Positions 29,156 through 40,808 of a stretch of 64,000 nt of DNA are shown in pieces (positions within the stretch are counted from its first letter, which is position 1; every line of letters starts with the position of its first letter). The stretch comes from Eledone cirrhosa. Taxonomy: Eukaryota. Location: the NCBI GenBank assembly GCA_964016885.1, contig OZ024740.1:426436001-426500000 (forward strand), given 5' to 3'. The notes beneath the pieces are model-generated. The model did not search any database. It had not been told where the DNA came from and worked only from the letters and a program-made list of their open reading frames with translations. Both the position numbers and the translations under genes were made by a program.

Positions 29156-29639
29156 CATACATACATACATAAGCTAAAAACATGGCGTTTTCCAGGTTGA
29201 CGATGAGCTATAACCCAGAATTGTTCTTAATGAAGTTATTCTATATGATTATTAAACTAAATAAGCCAATGGTTTTCTCCTTAAATATTATTTCTCATGT
29301 AAAACTCGAATCAAATTTTTTACTGTTTATATCAGTGTAGAGCCATCCATTCTACTACAGATACTCGTTTATTACAAATAGCATATTTCATAATTTAATA
29401 GTGTAAATGTCAAATATTTAATTCATGCATGTTAAATATATTCACTGGATTAAATAAAATTGAAATAGTTTTATTTCATTTGAAAGTATTCCATACCATA
29501 ACATTTTATCTTTTATTCTTGGAATATAATTCTTAAGATAACCTTAGATATATGTAGAAATTAGTTTAGTTTGTTTTTTAAACATTTTGTTGATGGATAA
29601 ACAAATAGATATGTAGATAGATAGATAGATGGGTAGTTA

Positions 29640-29934
<295 letters not shown>

Positions 29935-29938
<4 letters not shown>

Positions 29939-30152
29939 AAAATGAGATGTGAGAAAAACCACAGACCCTCCATCTCAACTCTACTTTTGAAAAGCAGAAG
30001 AACTGCGAAACCGGGAAAGGAACCAAATAAATATATATATATTTTTAAAATAAGACTCCAGTTGCATTTTCGATTTCATCTTCTTTTCTTTATACTTTCA
30101 CTCGTGTAGGACACCTCGGTTTTATCATTTTGTAAAAAAACCTCACTTTCTA
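29935..30152 (+). mobile_element. Short (TA)n-flanked interspersed repeat with hammerhead-like motif (cleavage triplet mutated in this copy)
   Basis: Near-identical to 38958-39158, but reads GAAACCGGGA instead of GAAACCGGTA. Confidence 0.7.
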
Positions 30153-30164
30153 ATATATATATAT

Positions 30165-30933
30165 AGGGTCTTACGATGGTTGTTTACCCGTTTGACGAGC
30201 ATGATTATCTCTGACAAGTTGACTTATACCTGATTGTCCCTCCGAACGCCAGATCAACAGTGACTTATGAAATGTCTCGTGAGTCCAGATTGTCTCAGGC
30301 AAACTTTGCCGCATACATCAATAATAAAATTGACCATAATCTTTTTTGGCGGGTTGTCTTTATGACTCCTGAAAGGGTTTTGGTGTCCTGTGTATATTGG
30401 GCCCTATTCATGGCAAACTTAGTATATTATACATATAAGGTCACGAGTGAACATGGTTTACACTTAGAATGTTCCCCTCCGAGGCACAAACTGTGTTTGT
30501 GGAGATCAGCAGCTGTCCTTGCATGCGAGTTAATGGTCGATACACATTTCTACAGTTGAGTAAACTGGAGCAACGTAAAATAAAGTGTTTTGCTCAAGGA
30601 CTAAACGCACAACCTGGCCCAGAATACGAACGCACAACCTTGCGATTGCAAGCTCAACGCTCTAACCACCATGTGTGTGTGTGTGTGTATGTGTGCGTAT
30701 ATATATACAGGACACCAAAGCCCTTTCAGGAGTCACAAAGACAACCCGCCAAAAAAGATTATGGTCAATTTATTATTGATGTATGCGGCAAAGTTTACCT
30801 GAGACAATCTGGACTCACGAGACATTTCATAAGTCACTGTTGATCTGGCGTTCGGAGGGACCATCAGCTATAAGTCAACTTGTCAGAGATAATCACAGCT
30901 CGTCAAACGAGTAAACAACCGTCGTAAGACCCT
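30165..30933. repeat. ~230-bp inverted repeats (30165-30397 / 30701-30933) around a ~300-bp spacer
   Basis: The arms are reverse complements with scattered mismatches. Confidence 0.92.
30548..30670 (-). mobile_element. tRNA-derived CORE-like SINE fragment
   Basis: Minus strand GTGGTTAGAGCG..GTTCGTATTC (A/B-box-like) followed by GTCCTTGAGCAAAACACTT (CORE-like). Same family as 41835-41945. Confidence 0.75.
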
Positions 30934-31014
30934 CTTCCTGCTACTTCAAGCGTTAAACTAATATATTCCTTCCATATACTGTACCGTTTGTTTTATTATT
31001 TCTGTTTACCTTTT

Positions 31015-31072
<58 letters not shown>

Positions 31073-31077
<5 letters not shown>

Positions 31078-31355
31078 AAAGGTAAACAGAAATAACAACA
31101 CAATCGGTACAGTATATGGAAGGGATATATTAGGTTAAGGCTTGATATAGCAGGAAGAGAGTCTTAACGTTTCGAACGCTAGTCCTTCATCAGAAGAAAG
31201 AATGAGAAATAAGATAGATTAAGGGGACGGGAGGTTTGGAATTGGAAAAAATGTCTTTAGATAAAAATAATAGGGCCACTCATGTTGACATCTCTTGCAA
31301 AACTGTTAGTGCTGGCGTTTTGTGTATGATTTATTTTTTAGAAAAGTGGATGATA
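31073..31355 (-). mobile_element. Short interspersed repeat with minimal hammerhead-like motif (Penelope pLTR-like); inverted partial copy at 30925-31016
   Basis: Homologous to 39925-40210 and abuts (TA)n. Confidence 0.7.
31162..31197 (-). ncRNA. Minimal type I hammerhead-like motif
   Basis: UCUU-CUGAUGA-A-GGAC(UAGC)GUUC-GAAAC-GUU-AAGA: stem I UCUU/AAGA, 4-bp stem II, palindromic AACGUU in place of stem III. Confidence 0.55.
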
Positions 31356-31378
31356 TATATACATACATATATCATGTT

Positions 31379-31509
31379 TAATATAGAAATAGCTTCTACA
31401 GGATTAGACCCGTTTCATCCCAAAGAAACCACCAGGAAAGCATTGAGATTTGTTGATGATTTCTTTTGAAAGAAACAGTTCTAGACCCGTAGAAGCCATT
31501 TCTATATTA
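31379..31509. repeat. Imperfect ~130-bp fold-back
   Basis: TAATATAGAAATAGCTTCTAC.. pairs with ..GTAGAAGCCATTTCTATATTA. Confidence 0.85.
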
Positions 31510-32019
31510 TGTGTGTGTGTGAGTGTGTGTTTGTCTGTGTTTGTATGGGTGCGTGTATTTGTGTGTGTGAGCCTCTGTGTGTGTTTGTGTGTGTGCCTCT
31601 GTGTGTGTATGTGTGTGTGTTTATGTGTGTTTGTGTGTGTATAATTATATGTTTGTACGTTAGGTGAGTAAGATAGATAGTTATTTCTTTGAAATTTAAG
31701 CTGTCCCCTGAGAAATGGTGTATATTATCTATCGGTGTTTACACCTAGATCAACACAGGCAGATGTATGACATCAGAATCTCGTACTTGTATGGCTATCT
31801 AGGAAGATATTGTCTAATGTGTTTACTTTATAGACGATGTATGGAAATGTGAGGGATAATTGTTTGTTTTTTCTAGTAATTCAAGCGATCCTACAGAGGG
31901 TTCCTAGTCTTCCAAGGAATGGTGGAATCAATGTTTCATTAAATGAAGCGAAGGAAATTTAACAATTCTACACGGCACTTACAAAAGAGACAGTAATATT
32001 TAATTTGATTTCACTCACA

Positions 32020-32470
32020 TACAAACACACACACATACAGAGATGAAAGCACGCACATACACACACATATTCAAACACGCACAAGCACACAAACATATAC
32101 ACACACACACAGAGATGAAAGCACGCACATATACACGCACACATACACACACACACACACACATTCAAAGACACACAAGCACACGCACACATACACACAG
32201 ATGAAAGCACACACACATACACACACACATTCAAGCACACACAAGCACACACACATATACACACACACAGATGAAACACGCACACATACACACACATTCA
32301 AATACACACAAGCACACAAACATATACATGCACACACAGAATGAGCACATGCATACAGACAAAAGCACACACACATACACATTCAAACACACACTAGCAC
32401 ACACAAATACACGTAGACACACTGTAGCAGCACATGTACACAGGAGAAGGTACGCACACACACACATACA
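32020..32470. repeat. (CA)n-derived degenerate minisatellite
   Basis: Recurrent CAGA(GA)TGAAAGCAC and ATTCAAACAC motifs among CA runs. Confidence 0.8.
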
Positions 32471-32511
32471 CACATTTACTTATACATATACTGTTTTTTT
32501 CCTTACACACA

Positions 32512-34915
32512 CACGCCAATGTAACTCTCCCTATACCACACACTAATGTAATTCTCCCTATACCACACAATAATGTAACTCTCCCTATACCACACACTAA
32601 TGTAACTCTCCATATACCACACATTAATGTAACTCTCCCTACACCACACACTAATGTAACTCTCCCTATACCACACACTAATGTAACTCTCCATATACCA
32701 CACAATAATGTAACTCTCCCTATACCACACACTAATGTAACCCTCCCTATACCACACACTAATGTAACTCTCCCTATACCACACAATAATGTAACTCTCC
32801 CTATACCACACACTAATATAACTCTCCCTATACCACACACTAATGTAACTCTCCCTATACCACACACTAATGTAACTCTCCCTACACCACACACTAATGT
32901 AACTCTCCCTATACCACACAATAATGTAACTCTCCCTATACCACACACTAATGTAACCCTCCCTATACCACACACTAATGTAACTCTCCCTATACCACAC
33001 AATAATGTAACCCTCCCTATACCACACACTAATGTAACTCTCCCTATACCACACAATAATGTAACTCTCCCTATACCACACACTAATGTAACTCTCCATA
33101 TACCACACACTAATGTAACTCTCCCTACACCACACACTAATATAACTCTCCCTATACCACACACTAATGTAACTCTCCCTATACCACACGCTAATGTAAC
33201 TCTCCCTATACCACACATTAATGTAACTCTCCCTACACCACACACTAATGTAACTCTCCCTATACCACACAATAATGTAACTCTCCCTATACCACACACT
33301 AATGTAACTCTCCATATATCACACAATAATGTAACTCTCCCTATACCACACACTAATGTAACTGTCCCTATACCACACAATAATGTAACTCTCCCTATAC
33401 CACACACTAATGTAACTCTCCCTATACCACACACTAATGTAACTCTCCCTACACCACACACTAATGTAACTCTCCCTATACCACACAATAATGTAACTCT
33501 CCCTATACCACACACTAATGTAACTCTCCGTATACCACACAATAATGTAACTCTCCCTATACCACACACTAATGTAACTCTCCCTATAACACACACTAAT
33601 GTAACTCTCCCTTTATCACACACTAATGTAACTCTCCCTATACCACACAATAATGTAACTCTCCCTATACCACACACTAATGTAACTCTCCCTATACCAC
33701 ACACTAATGTAACTCTCCCTATACCACACAATAATGTAACTCTCCCTATACCACACATTAATGTAACTCTCCCTACATCACACACTAATGTAACTCTCCA
33801 TATACCACACAATAATGTAACTCTCCCTATACCACACAATAATGTAACTCTCCCTATACCACACACTACTGTAACTCTCCCTATACCACACACTAATGTA
33901 ACTCTCCCTATACCACACACTAATGTAACTCTCCCTATACCACACACTAATGTAACTCTCCATATACCACACAATAATGTAACTCTCCCTATACCCCACA
34001 CTAATGTAACCCTCCCTATACCACACACTAATGTAACTCTCCCTACACCACACACTAATGTAACTCTCCCTATACCACACAATAATGTAACTGTCCCTAT
34101 ACCACACACTAATGTAACTCTCCCTACACCACACACTAATGTAACTCTCCCTATACCACACAATAATGTAACTGTCCCTATACCACACACTAATGTAACT
34201 CTCCATGAACCACACAATAATGTAACTCTCCATATACCACACAATAATGTAACTCTCCCTATACCACACACTAGTGTAACTCTCCCTATACCACACAAAA
34301 AAGGAACTCTCCCTATACCACACAATAATGTAACTCTCCCTATACCACACACTAGTGTAACTCTCCCTATACCACACAATAATGTAACTCTCCCTATACC
34401 ACCCACTAATGTAACTCTCCCTATAACACACAATAATGTAACTCTCCCTATACCACACAATAATGTAACTCTCCCTATACCACACACTAATGTAACTCTC
34501 CCTATACCACCCAATAATATAACTCTCCCTATACGACACACTAATGTAACTCTCCCTGTACCACACACTAATGTAACTCTCCCTACACCACACAATAATG
34601 TAACTCTCCCTATACCACACTCTAATGTAACTCTCCATATACCACACACTAGTGTAATTGTCCCTATACCAGACACTATGTAACTCTCCCTATACCACAC
34701 ACTAATGTAACTCTCCCTATACCACCCAATAATGTAACTCTCCCTATACGACACACTAATGTAACTCTCCCTATACCACACACTAATGTAACTCTCCCTA
34801 CACCACACAATAATGTAACTCTCCCTATACCACACTCTAAACTCTCCATATACCACACACTAGTGTAATTGTCCCTATACCACACACTAATGTAACTCTC
34901 CCTATACCACACACA
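32512..34915. repeat. 27-bp minisatellite, about 89 copies
   Basis: Unit AATGTAACTCTCCCTATACCACAC(A)(C/A)T. A 9-aa periodicity (NVTLPIPHT) in the translations confirms 27 bp. Confidence 0.97.
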
Positions 34916-35017
34916 CACAGTCACCATCTTTCACACACAAACACACGCCGACTCTTTCTCACGTAGACACAAAATCCTTCATTTTCTTAGACACACGCGC
35001 TTTCCTTCCCTTCATTG

Positions 35018-35052
<35 letters not shown>

Positions 35053-35100
35053 TCTCCCTCTCACTCTCTGTCTCTCTCTCTACTTTTCTTTCTCTCTCTC

Positions 35101-35161
<61 letters not shown>

Positions 35162-35454
35162 CTCTCTCGGCCGCTCTCGCTCTCTCTCTCTCGGACACAG
35201 TCACACTCAGTCGCTTTCCTTTTTTTCTTTTTTCCTCTCTTCACATACAAAATTGCACTCTTTGGAACACAGTTTCCTCCCCAAACACGCACACACATAC
35301 ACACACACATACACACATACACGCACACACACACACACACAAACACAATGTCCCAATCTCAAACATACAGTCACTCTCATTGTCACACACAATCCCCACT
35401 CACACACACACATACATAACTTTACCCATACAACGCTCTGTTCCACACGAAACA

Positions 35455-35915
35455 GTCTTTCTCACACATACACAAACACGCAGTTTCCCTCACACACAAC
35501 TCCTTCCTCACACACACACAAACACGCAGTTTCCCTCACACACACACAACTGCCTCCTCACACACACACACACACGCAGTTTCCCTCACACACACACAAC
35601 TGCCTCCTCACACACACACGCAGTTTCCCTCACACACACACAACTGCCTCCTCACACACACACAAACACGCAGTTTCCCTCACACACACACAACTGCCTC
35701 CTCACACACACACAAACACGTAGTTTCCCTCACACACACACAACTGCCTCCTCACACACACACAAACACGCAGTTTCCCTCACACACACACAATTGCCAC
35801 CTCACACACACACACAACTCCCGCCTTACACACACACACACGCACGCAGTTTCCCTCACACACACAACTTCCTCCTCACACACACACAAACACGCAGTTT
35901 CCCTCACACACACAC
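35455..35915. repeat. CA-rich compound minisatellite
   Basis: CACGCAGTTTCCCT(CA)nACTGCCTCCT(CA)n repeated about 9 times. Confidence 0.9.
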
Positions 35916-36114
35916 TCTCCCTCTCTCCCACACCCTGTCCCTCTCTCTATATCTTTCTCCCACTCTCCCCCGACACACTCTCCCTCTCTCCCACACTCGC
36001 TCTCCCTCTCCTGTTCTGACATAACCGACAGATTGCCTTACGATATTTTCGGGTTTACAAATTGTGAAGGGTGGGGAAGGGGGTGAGGTGAGGAGGACAA
36101 TGTTACAATTGCTG

Positions 36115-36535
36115 TTGATAATGATGATGAGGATGATGGTTATGGTGGTGGTGGTGGTGATGGTGGTGGTGGTGGTGATGGTGGTGGTGGTGGTGATGAT
36201 GGTGGTGGTGGTGGTGATGATGGTGATGATGATGGTGGTGGTGGTGATGATGGTGATGATGATGGTGGTGGTGATGGTGATGATGGTGATGATGATGGTG
36301 GTGGTGGTGATGATGGTGATGATGGTGATAATGACGATTATGATGATGATGATGATGACGAGAAGGAGGAGAAGAAGAAGAAGGAGGAGGAGGAGAATGC
36401 CGATGATGATGCCAACGACGATGATGATGATGATCATGATCATGATGATACTGATGATGATGAGGGTGATGATGACGATGATGATGACGATGATGATGAC
36501 GATGATGATCATCATGAGGATGAGGATGAGAAGGA
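36115..36535. repeat. (GAT/GGT)n and (GAA/GGA)n trinucleotide tract
   Basis: Direct reading; the source of the poly-His and poly-Met/Val ORFs. Confidence 0.92.
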
Positions 36536-36893
36536 GTAAAGAGAAGAAGCGGGAGGAGGATAAGAGAGGGATAAGAGGTGGGAAAGCAGAGAAGGAAGAA
36601 GCGGCGGGTGTTTGGGGGTGAATAAATGAAATTAAAATGTGTTGCACGCACACTCGGCGTATTTATAGACAGCAGATAATTGCAGATGGCGAAACACAGG
36701 AGAACATTGCAATTAACTCATAGACACCATGTCTCTCTTACTCTTCTTGTTGTTGTTGTCGTTGTGGAGAGGTGTGTGGAAAAGAGAGAGAACCGCTATG
36801 TATATTTGTGTGCGGCGAGTGTGGGTGTGTGTATGTGTGTGTGTGTACCAGCTCGTATGTGTGTATGTGTATTTGTGTATGTCTATATCAGTT

Positions 36894-36928
<35 letters not shown>

Positions 36929-37053
36929 TTGAGTGATCACATTTGTTAATGAATTCATGATCCCGTTAAACTACACACATAGAATTATACAGACAGATAA
37001 ACCCGATTAGTTGTTGACAAATCTACACACACACACGGAAAGAGAGAGAGAGA

Positions 37054-37137
<84 letters not shown>

Positions 37138-37171
37138 CACGTATCTATATGTCTATCTATCTACCTATCTA

Positions 37172-38142
37172 TGAGTGTGCCCAGGCGCTCACCGCCCTCT
37201 GGCAGGCGGATCCGGTTATCAGTGGAGACTCCACCGCAACATTCTATAGAGGGCTGGTACGCAGCAGGTGCGACGACGCCCTCGGAGAAGCCCTAGACAT
37301 GGAGGAGGACGAACTGGCCAGCCTGTTCGGTAGGACATTCAGCCCGGGACCTATGGACAACTTCCAGAAGTCCCTGGCCTGGCAGTGCTACCGAGGGGCT
37401 TTACCCGTTCGAGAAAGGCTCTACAGACACGGGCGCCCGGGTAGGGACCCCGCCAAAAAGATCTGTCCCAGATGCGTGTGCGACGAGGAAACCGTTGCAC
37501 ACGCATTGGTACACTGCTCGGGCGCAGCCGATCTGTGGGGCTATGTCGAACAACTGCTGTCAAGGGTGGGACCGATCCGGTTGACCACCGAGTCTATTGT
37601 AATGATCAAGCCGCCTCCCCCCTTCAAAGATGAAGCAGAGGCGGTGTTTCTGTGCGTAATAGCCATGGCGAAAGAGGTTGTATGGTGGACGCGTCTGAAA
37701 GGACTGAGGTCAGGCACCTTTCTCTCTGGCCAACAACTGGTCCGTTTCTTCCGATATCATTTCGGAAGAAGGATCAGGATGGAGAGAGAGGTGCTGCACC
37801 CCAGCCGTTTCTATGAAAGATGGGTGAAAGTGGCGAGAATGGCCCGTGTGAATGGGCCTTCACTCTACATCAGACTATAGGTGAGGAAGATGAAAGACCA
37901 AGGGAGCACCCCTTCTCTGTGCTCCTGAGGAGAAGGGTTGCACACTTTTTTCGGGGGTGTGTGCGACCCCCCAAGGCGCCTCCTCTCTATTGAGGATTTT
38001 GTTAAAAATTTTATTTTTTGTGATATCTTATTTTATTTTTATATTTTGTTATTGCCTCTTCCTTATTGAGGACGCCTTTTTGTGTAAACTCCCCCCTTTG
38101 TACTTGTCCCACTTTTGATGCCCTAGTGGCAAATAAAAGAAA
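37172..38142 (+). mobile_element. 5'-truncated, nearly identical copy of the Tx1 element, also in CTAT repeats
   Basis: Matches about 8425-9394 with only a few substitutions. Preceded by CTATCTATCTACCTATCTA and followed by TCTATCTAT. Confidence 0.95.
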
Positions 38143-38213
38143 TCTATCTATATTTGTATCTGCGTATCCATCTCTCTCTCTGTATATATATATGTATATT
38201 TCTGAATGTGCCG

Positions 38214-38304
<91 letters not shown>

Positions 38305-38533
38305 CTTTATTTTATGTGTGAATGCGTTTGTATAAATGTGTCATATCAGGCGGCTTTTGAGCGTTGTTGCTAATATCTAATCGAATACAACCTGTGGAAA
38401 GATCGATTCCTGGCAAACACCCCATGTCTGATTGGTGAGAAAGGTGATTATTGGATACACAGTTGGAGGGAAAAGAACATCCAAGGAAGTACATGTGAAC
38501 TCTGGAAAGAAAATGGCCCTATGTGAATTTGCA

Positions 38534-38583
<50 letters not shown>

Positions 38584-38593
<10 letters not shown>

Positions 38594-38723
38594 TTTCGTA
38601 TCTCCAAAGAAATACGGTTTTAGGAAGCCGTAGCTATGCAAATACCGTTAGCCCCCCCCCCCGGTGTTTGCATAGCTACGGCTTCCTAAAACCCTATTTC
38701 TTTGGAGATACGAAATATTTATA
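38584..38723. repeat. Near-perfect ~140-bp palindrome next to (TA)n
   Basis: ATAAATATTTCGTATCTCCAAAGAAATACGGTTTTAGGAAGCCGTAGCTATGCAAATACCG, a C-rich loop, then its reverse complement. Confidence 0.93.
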
Positions 38724-38764
38724 CATATTGTATAAAGCTATGCTTGAAGCGAAATCCTATTTCT

Positions 38765-38838
<74 letters not shown>

Positions 38839-39152
38839 TAAAGAAAAAAAGAAGAAATTGAAAATGCAGCTGGAGTCTTATTTAAAAAAATATATGTTCT
38901 TCTGCTTTTCAAAAGTAGAGTTGAGATGGAGGGTCTGTGGTTTTTCTCACATCTGAAAGACCACAGACCCTCCATCTCAACTCTACTTTTGAAAAGCAGA
39001 AGAACTGCGAAACCGGTAAAGGAACCAAATAAATATATATATATTTTTTTAAATAAGACTCCAGTTGCATTTTCGATTTCATCTTTTTTTCTTTATACTT
39101 TCACTCGTGTAGGACACCTCGGTTATTTTTCAATTTGTAAAAAAAACCTCAC

Positions 39153-39201
<49 letters not shown>

Positions 39202-39243
39202 AAATAGGATTTCGCTTCAAGCATAGCTTTATACAATATGTAT
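38722..39243. repeat. Nested inverted repeats around (TA)n tracts
   Basis: Outer arms 38722-38765 / 39198-39243. Inner arms 38840-38942 (with an internal deletion) / 38960-39097. Confidence 0.88.
38986..39021 (+). ncRNA. Minimal type I hammerhead-like motif with U3-A8 core variant
   Basis: CUU-UUGAAAA-GCAG(AAGAA)CUGC-GAAAC-CG-GUA-AAG, with palindromic ACCGGU stem III. Confidence 0.55.
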
Positions 39244-39559
39244 ATATGGGTGATCCATACATGTATTTATTATGTTTTAACATCTCTGTGTGTGCATTGG
39301 TTGTGTATACATATGGTTATTCTTTTAATTTCCAATTGAGTTCTTATACACGTGGTTAATACCTAACAGGTTTAAATGACCAGCGTGTATATTGTTTTAT
39401 TTTAAGATGACCTCCTTTTAGCCTTTTGGGGACAGGGTGTATTTTATCTTTGGGAGGACTGCTGGATTTTCTAATCTACCAGTCTCTTCTTAGCGCTGAG
39501 GGAGACCATCACCATTCTATTAATGTCGTTATAATACTTATATCGATATTGTTTGGGCA

Positions 39560-39681
39560 TCCACTGATGAGTTTATAAGATCCCGCTTGTGTATAAAACT
39601 ATGGATTATATACAAGTTTCTACATAACCTGGAAATTATTTATCCCAAATTGTAGAAATCTTATAACGAAACGGCCCTGGA
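39560..39681 (+). ncRNA. Hammerhead-like motif with greatly enlarged, branched stem II (cleavage site degenerate)
   Basis: UCCA-CUGAUGA-GUUUAUAAGAU...AUCUUAUAAC-GAAAC-GGCCC-UGGA. Confidence 0.5.
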
Positions 39682-39857
39682 AGGAAAGAGATATTTAATA
39701 ATGTCTCATATAAAATAATACAACCAGCTATCCACGCAATACTACTTAGTTAGCACCCCAAACACTAAATTGGGAAAATACTTAGGTATATCCTAATGTT
39801 TGTTGAGTGAGATGGAGTTGGTCGGAGTATCGCTTAAGGCTTTCTCTGTTTATGTAT

Positions 39858-39924
<67 letters not shown>

Positions 39925-39930
<6 letters not shown>

Positions 39931-40580
39931 AAAGGTAAACAGAAATAACAACACAACCAGTACACTATATGGGAGGGATATATTAGGTTAACGCTTGATA
40001 TAGCAGGAATAGGGTCTTAACGTTTCAGACGCTAATCCTTCATCAGAAAAAATAATGAGAAATAAGTTAGAATGAGGGGACGGGCGGGTTGGAATTGGAA
40101 AAAATGTATTTAGACAAAAATAACAGGTCAATTCATGTTGACATCTCTTGCAAAACTGTTGGTGCTGGCGTTTTGTGTATGATTTATTTTTTTAGAAAAG
40201 TGGATGATGGATCGCGTCTACCTGAAATGAAAAAAAAACCGTTTTGTAAAAAGAGTTATACTTGTGCACGTGAGTAAGCATGTGTGTGTGAGTGTGTATT
40301 TGTGTGTGTGTGTGTCGGGGGGGGGGGGCATTATACGTCCGTACGAAGCTAAGAAGAAATGTATGTATATATGTGAGTAAAAGAGTGTGTGAGCATGTAA
40401 GTACGGAGCTATGGGCAAAGTATGTTAATATAAGGGTACGAATGTGCGTATACAGGGCAGTGAAGGGAAAAGTGGAGTGAGCATATATATAGTCGGCCTG
40501 TATTAGTTGTAAGGGGGGAATATGTTAATGATCAAGAGAAAGCGACAGGAATCTTGGGGTGTGATAATGGACGGGGTTTA
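39925..40580 (-). mobile_element. Longer copy of the 31073-31355 repeat with hammerhead-like motif at 40015-40050
   Basis: Homology through about 40210; minus strand CUGAUGAAGGAUUAGCGUCUGAAACGUUAAGA. The extent beyond 40210 is inferred from the flanking (TA)n. Confidence 0.65.
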
Positions 40581-40619
40581 TATATATATATATATGTATA
40601 TACATACAGACAGATGCGA

Positions 40620-40750
40620 GACAAAACACAAAAAAAAAACACATCTCAATTTTACTTTTGAAAATCATAAGAACTCTGAACCCGGTAAAGTAAATAAATA
40701 AATATTCTTAAAAGACTCCAGTTGCATTTTCTATTTCATTTCCTTACACC
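40620..40750 (+). mobile_element. Degenerate third copy of the 29935/38958 repeat
   Basis: CATCTCAATTTTACTTTTGAAAATCATAAGAACTCTGAACCCGGTAAAG..AAGACTCCAGTTGCATTTTC. Confidence 0.7.
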
Positions 40751-40757
40751 CCACCCT

Positions 40758-40808
<51 letters not shown>

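Noticed and set aside
30600-30670. tRNA gene
   Set aside because: A/B-box-like sequence continues into a SINE body and gives no full cloverleaf.
32394-34856. 820-aa and 749-aa ORFs on opposite strands
   Set aside because: Translations of a 27-bp minisatellite that happens to be stop-free in several frames; no unique domain or splice context.
35904-36653. Poly-His and hydrophobic ORFs (resembling His-rich beak proteins or membrane proteins)
   Set aside because: Produced by a (GAT/GGT)n tract open in multiple frames; no signal peptide or recognisable domain.
37011-37880. 289-aa ORF as a novel ER-repeat fusion gene
   Set aside because: Chance in-frame join of a (GA)n tract to the truncated Tx1 ORF2 tail, with a non-ATG start.
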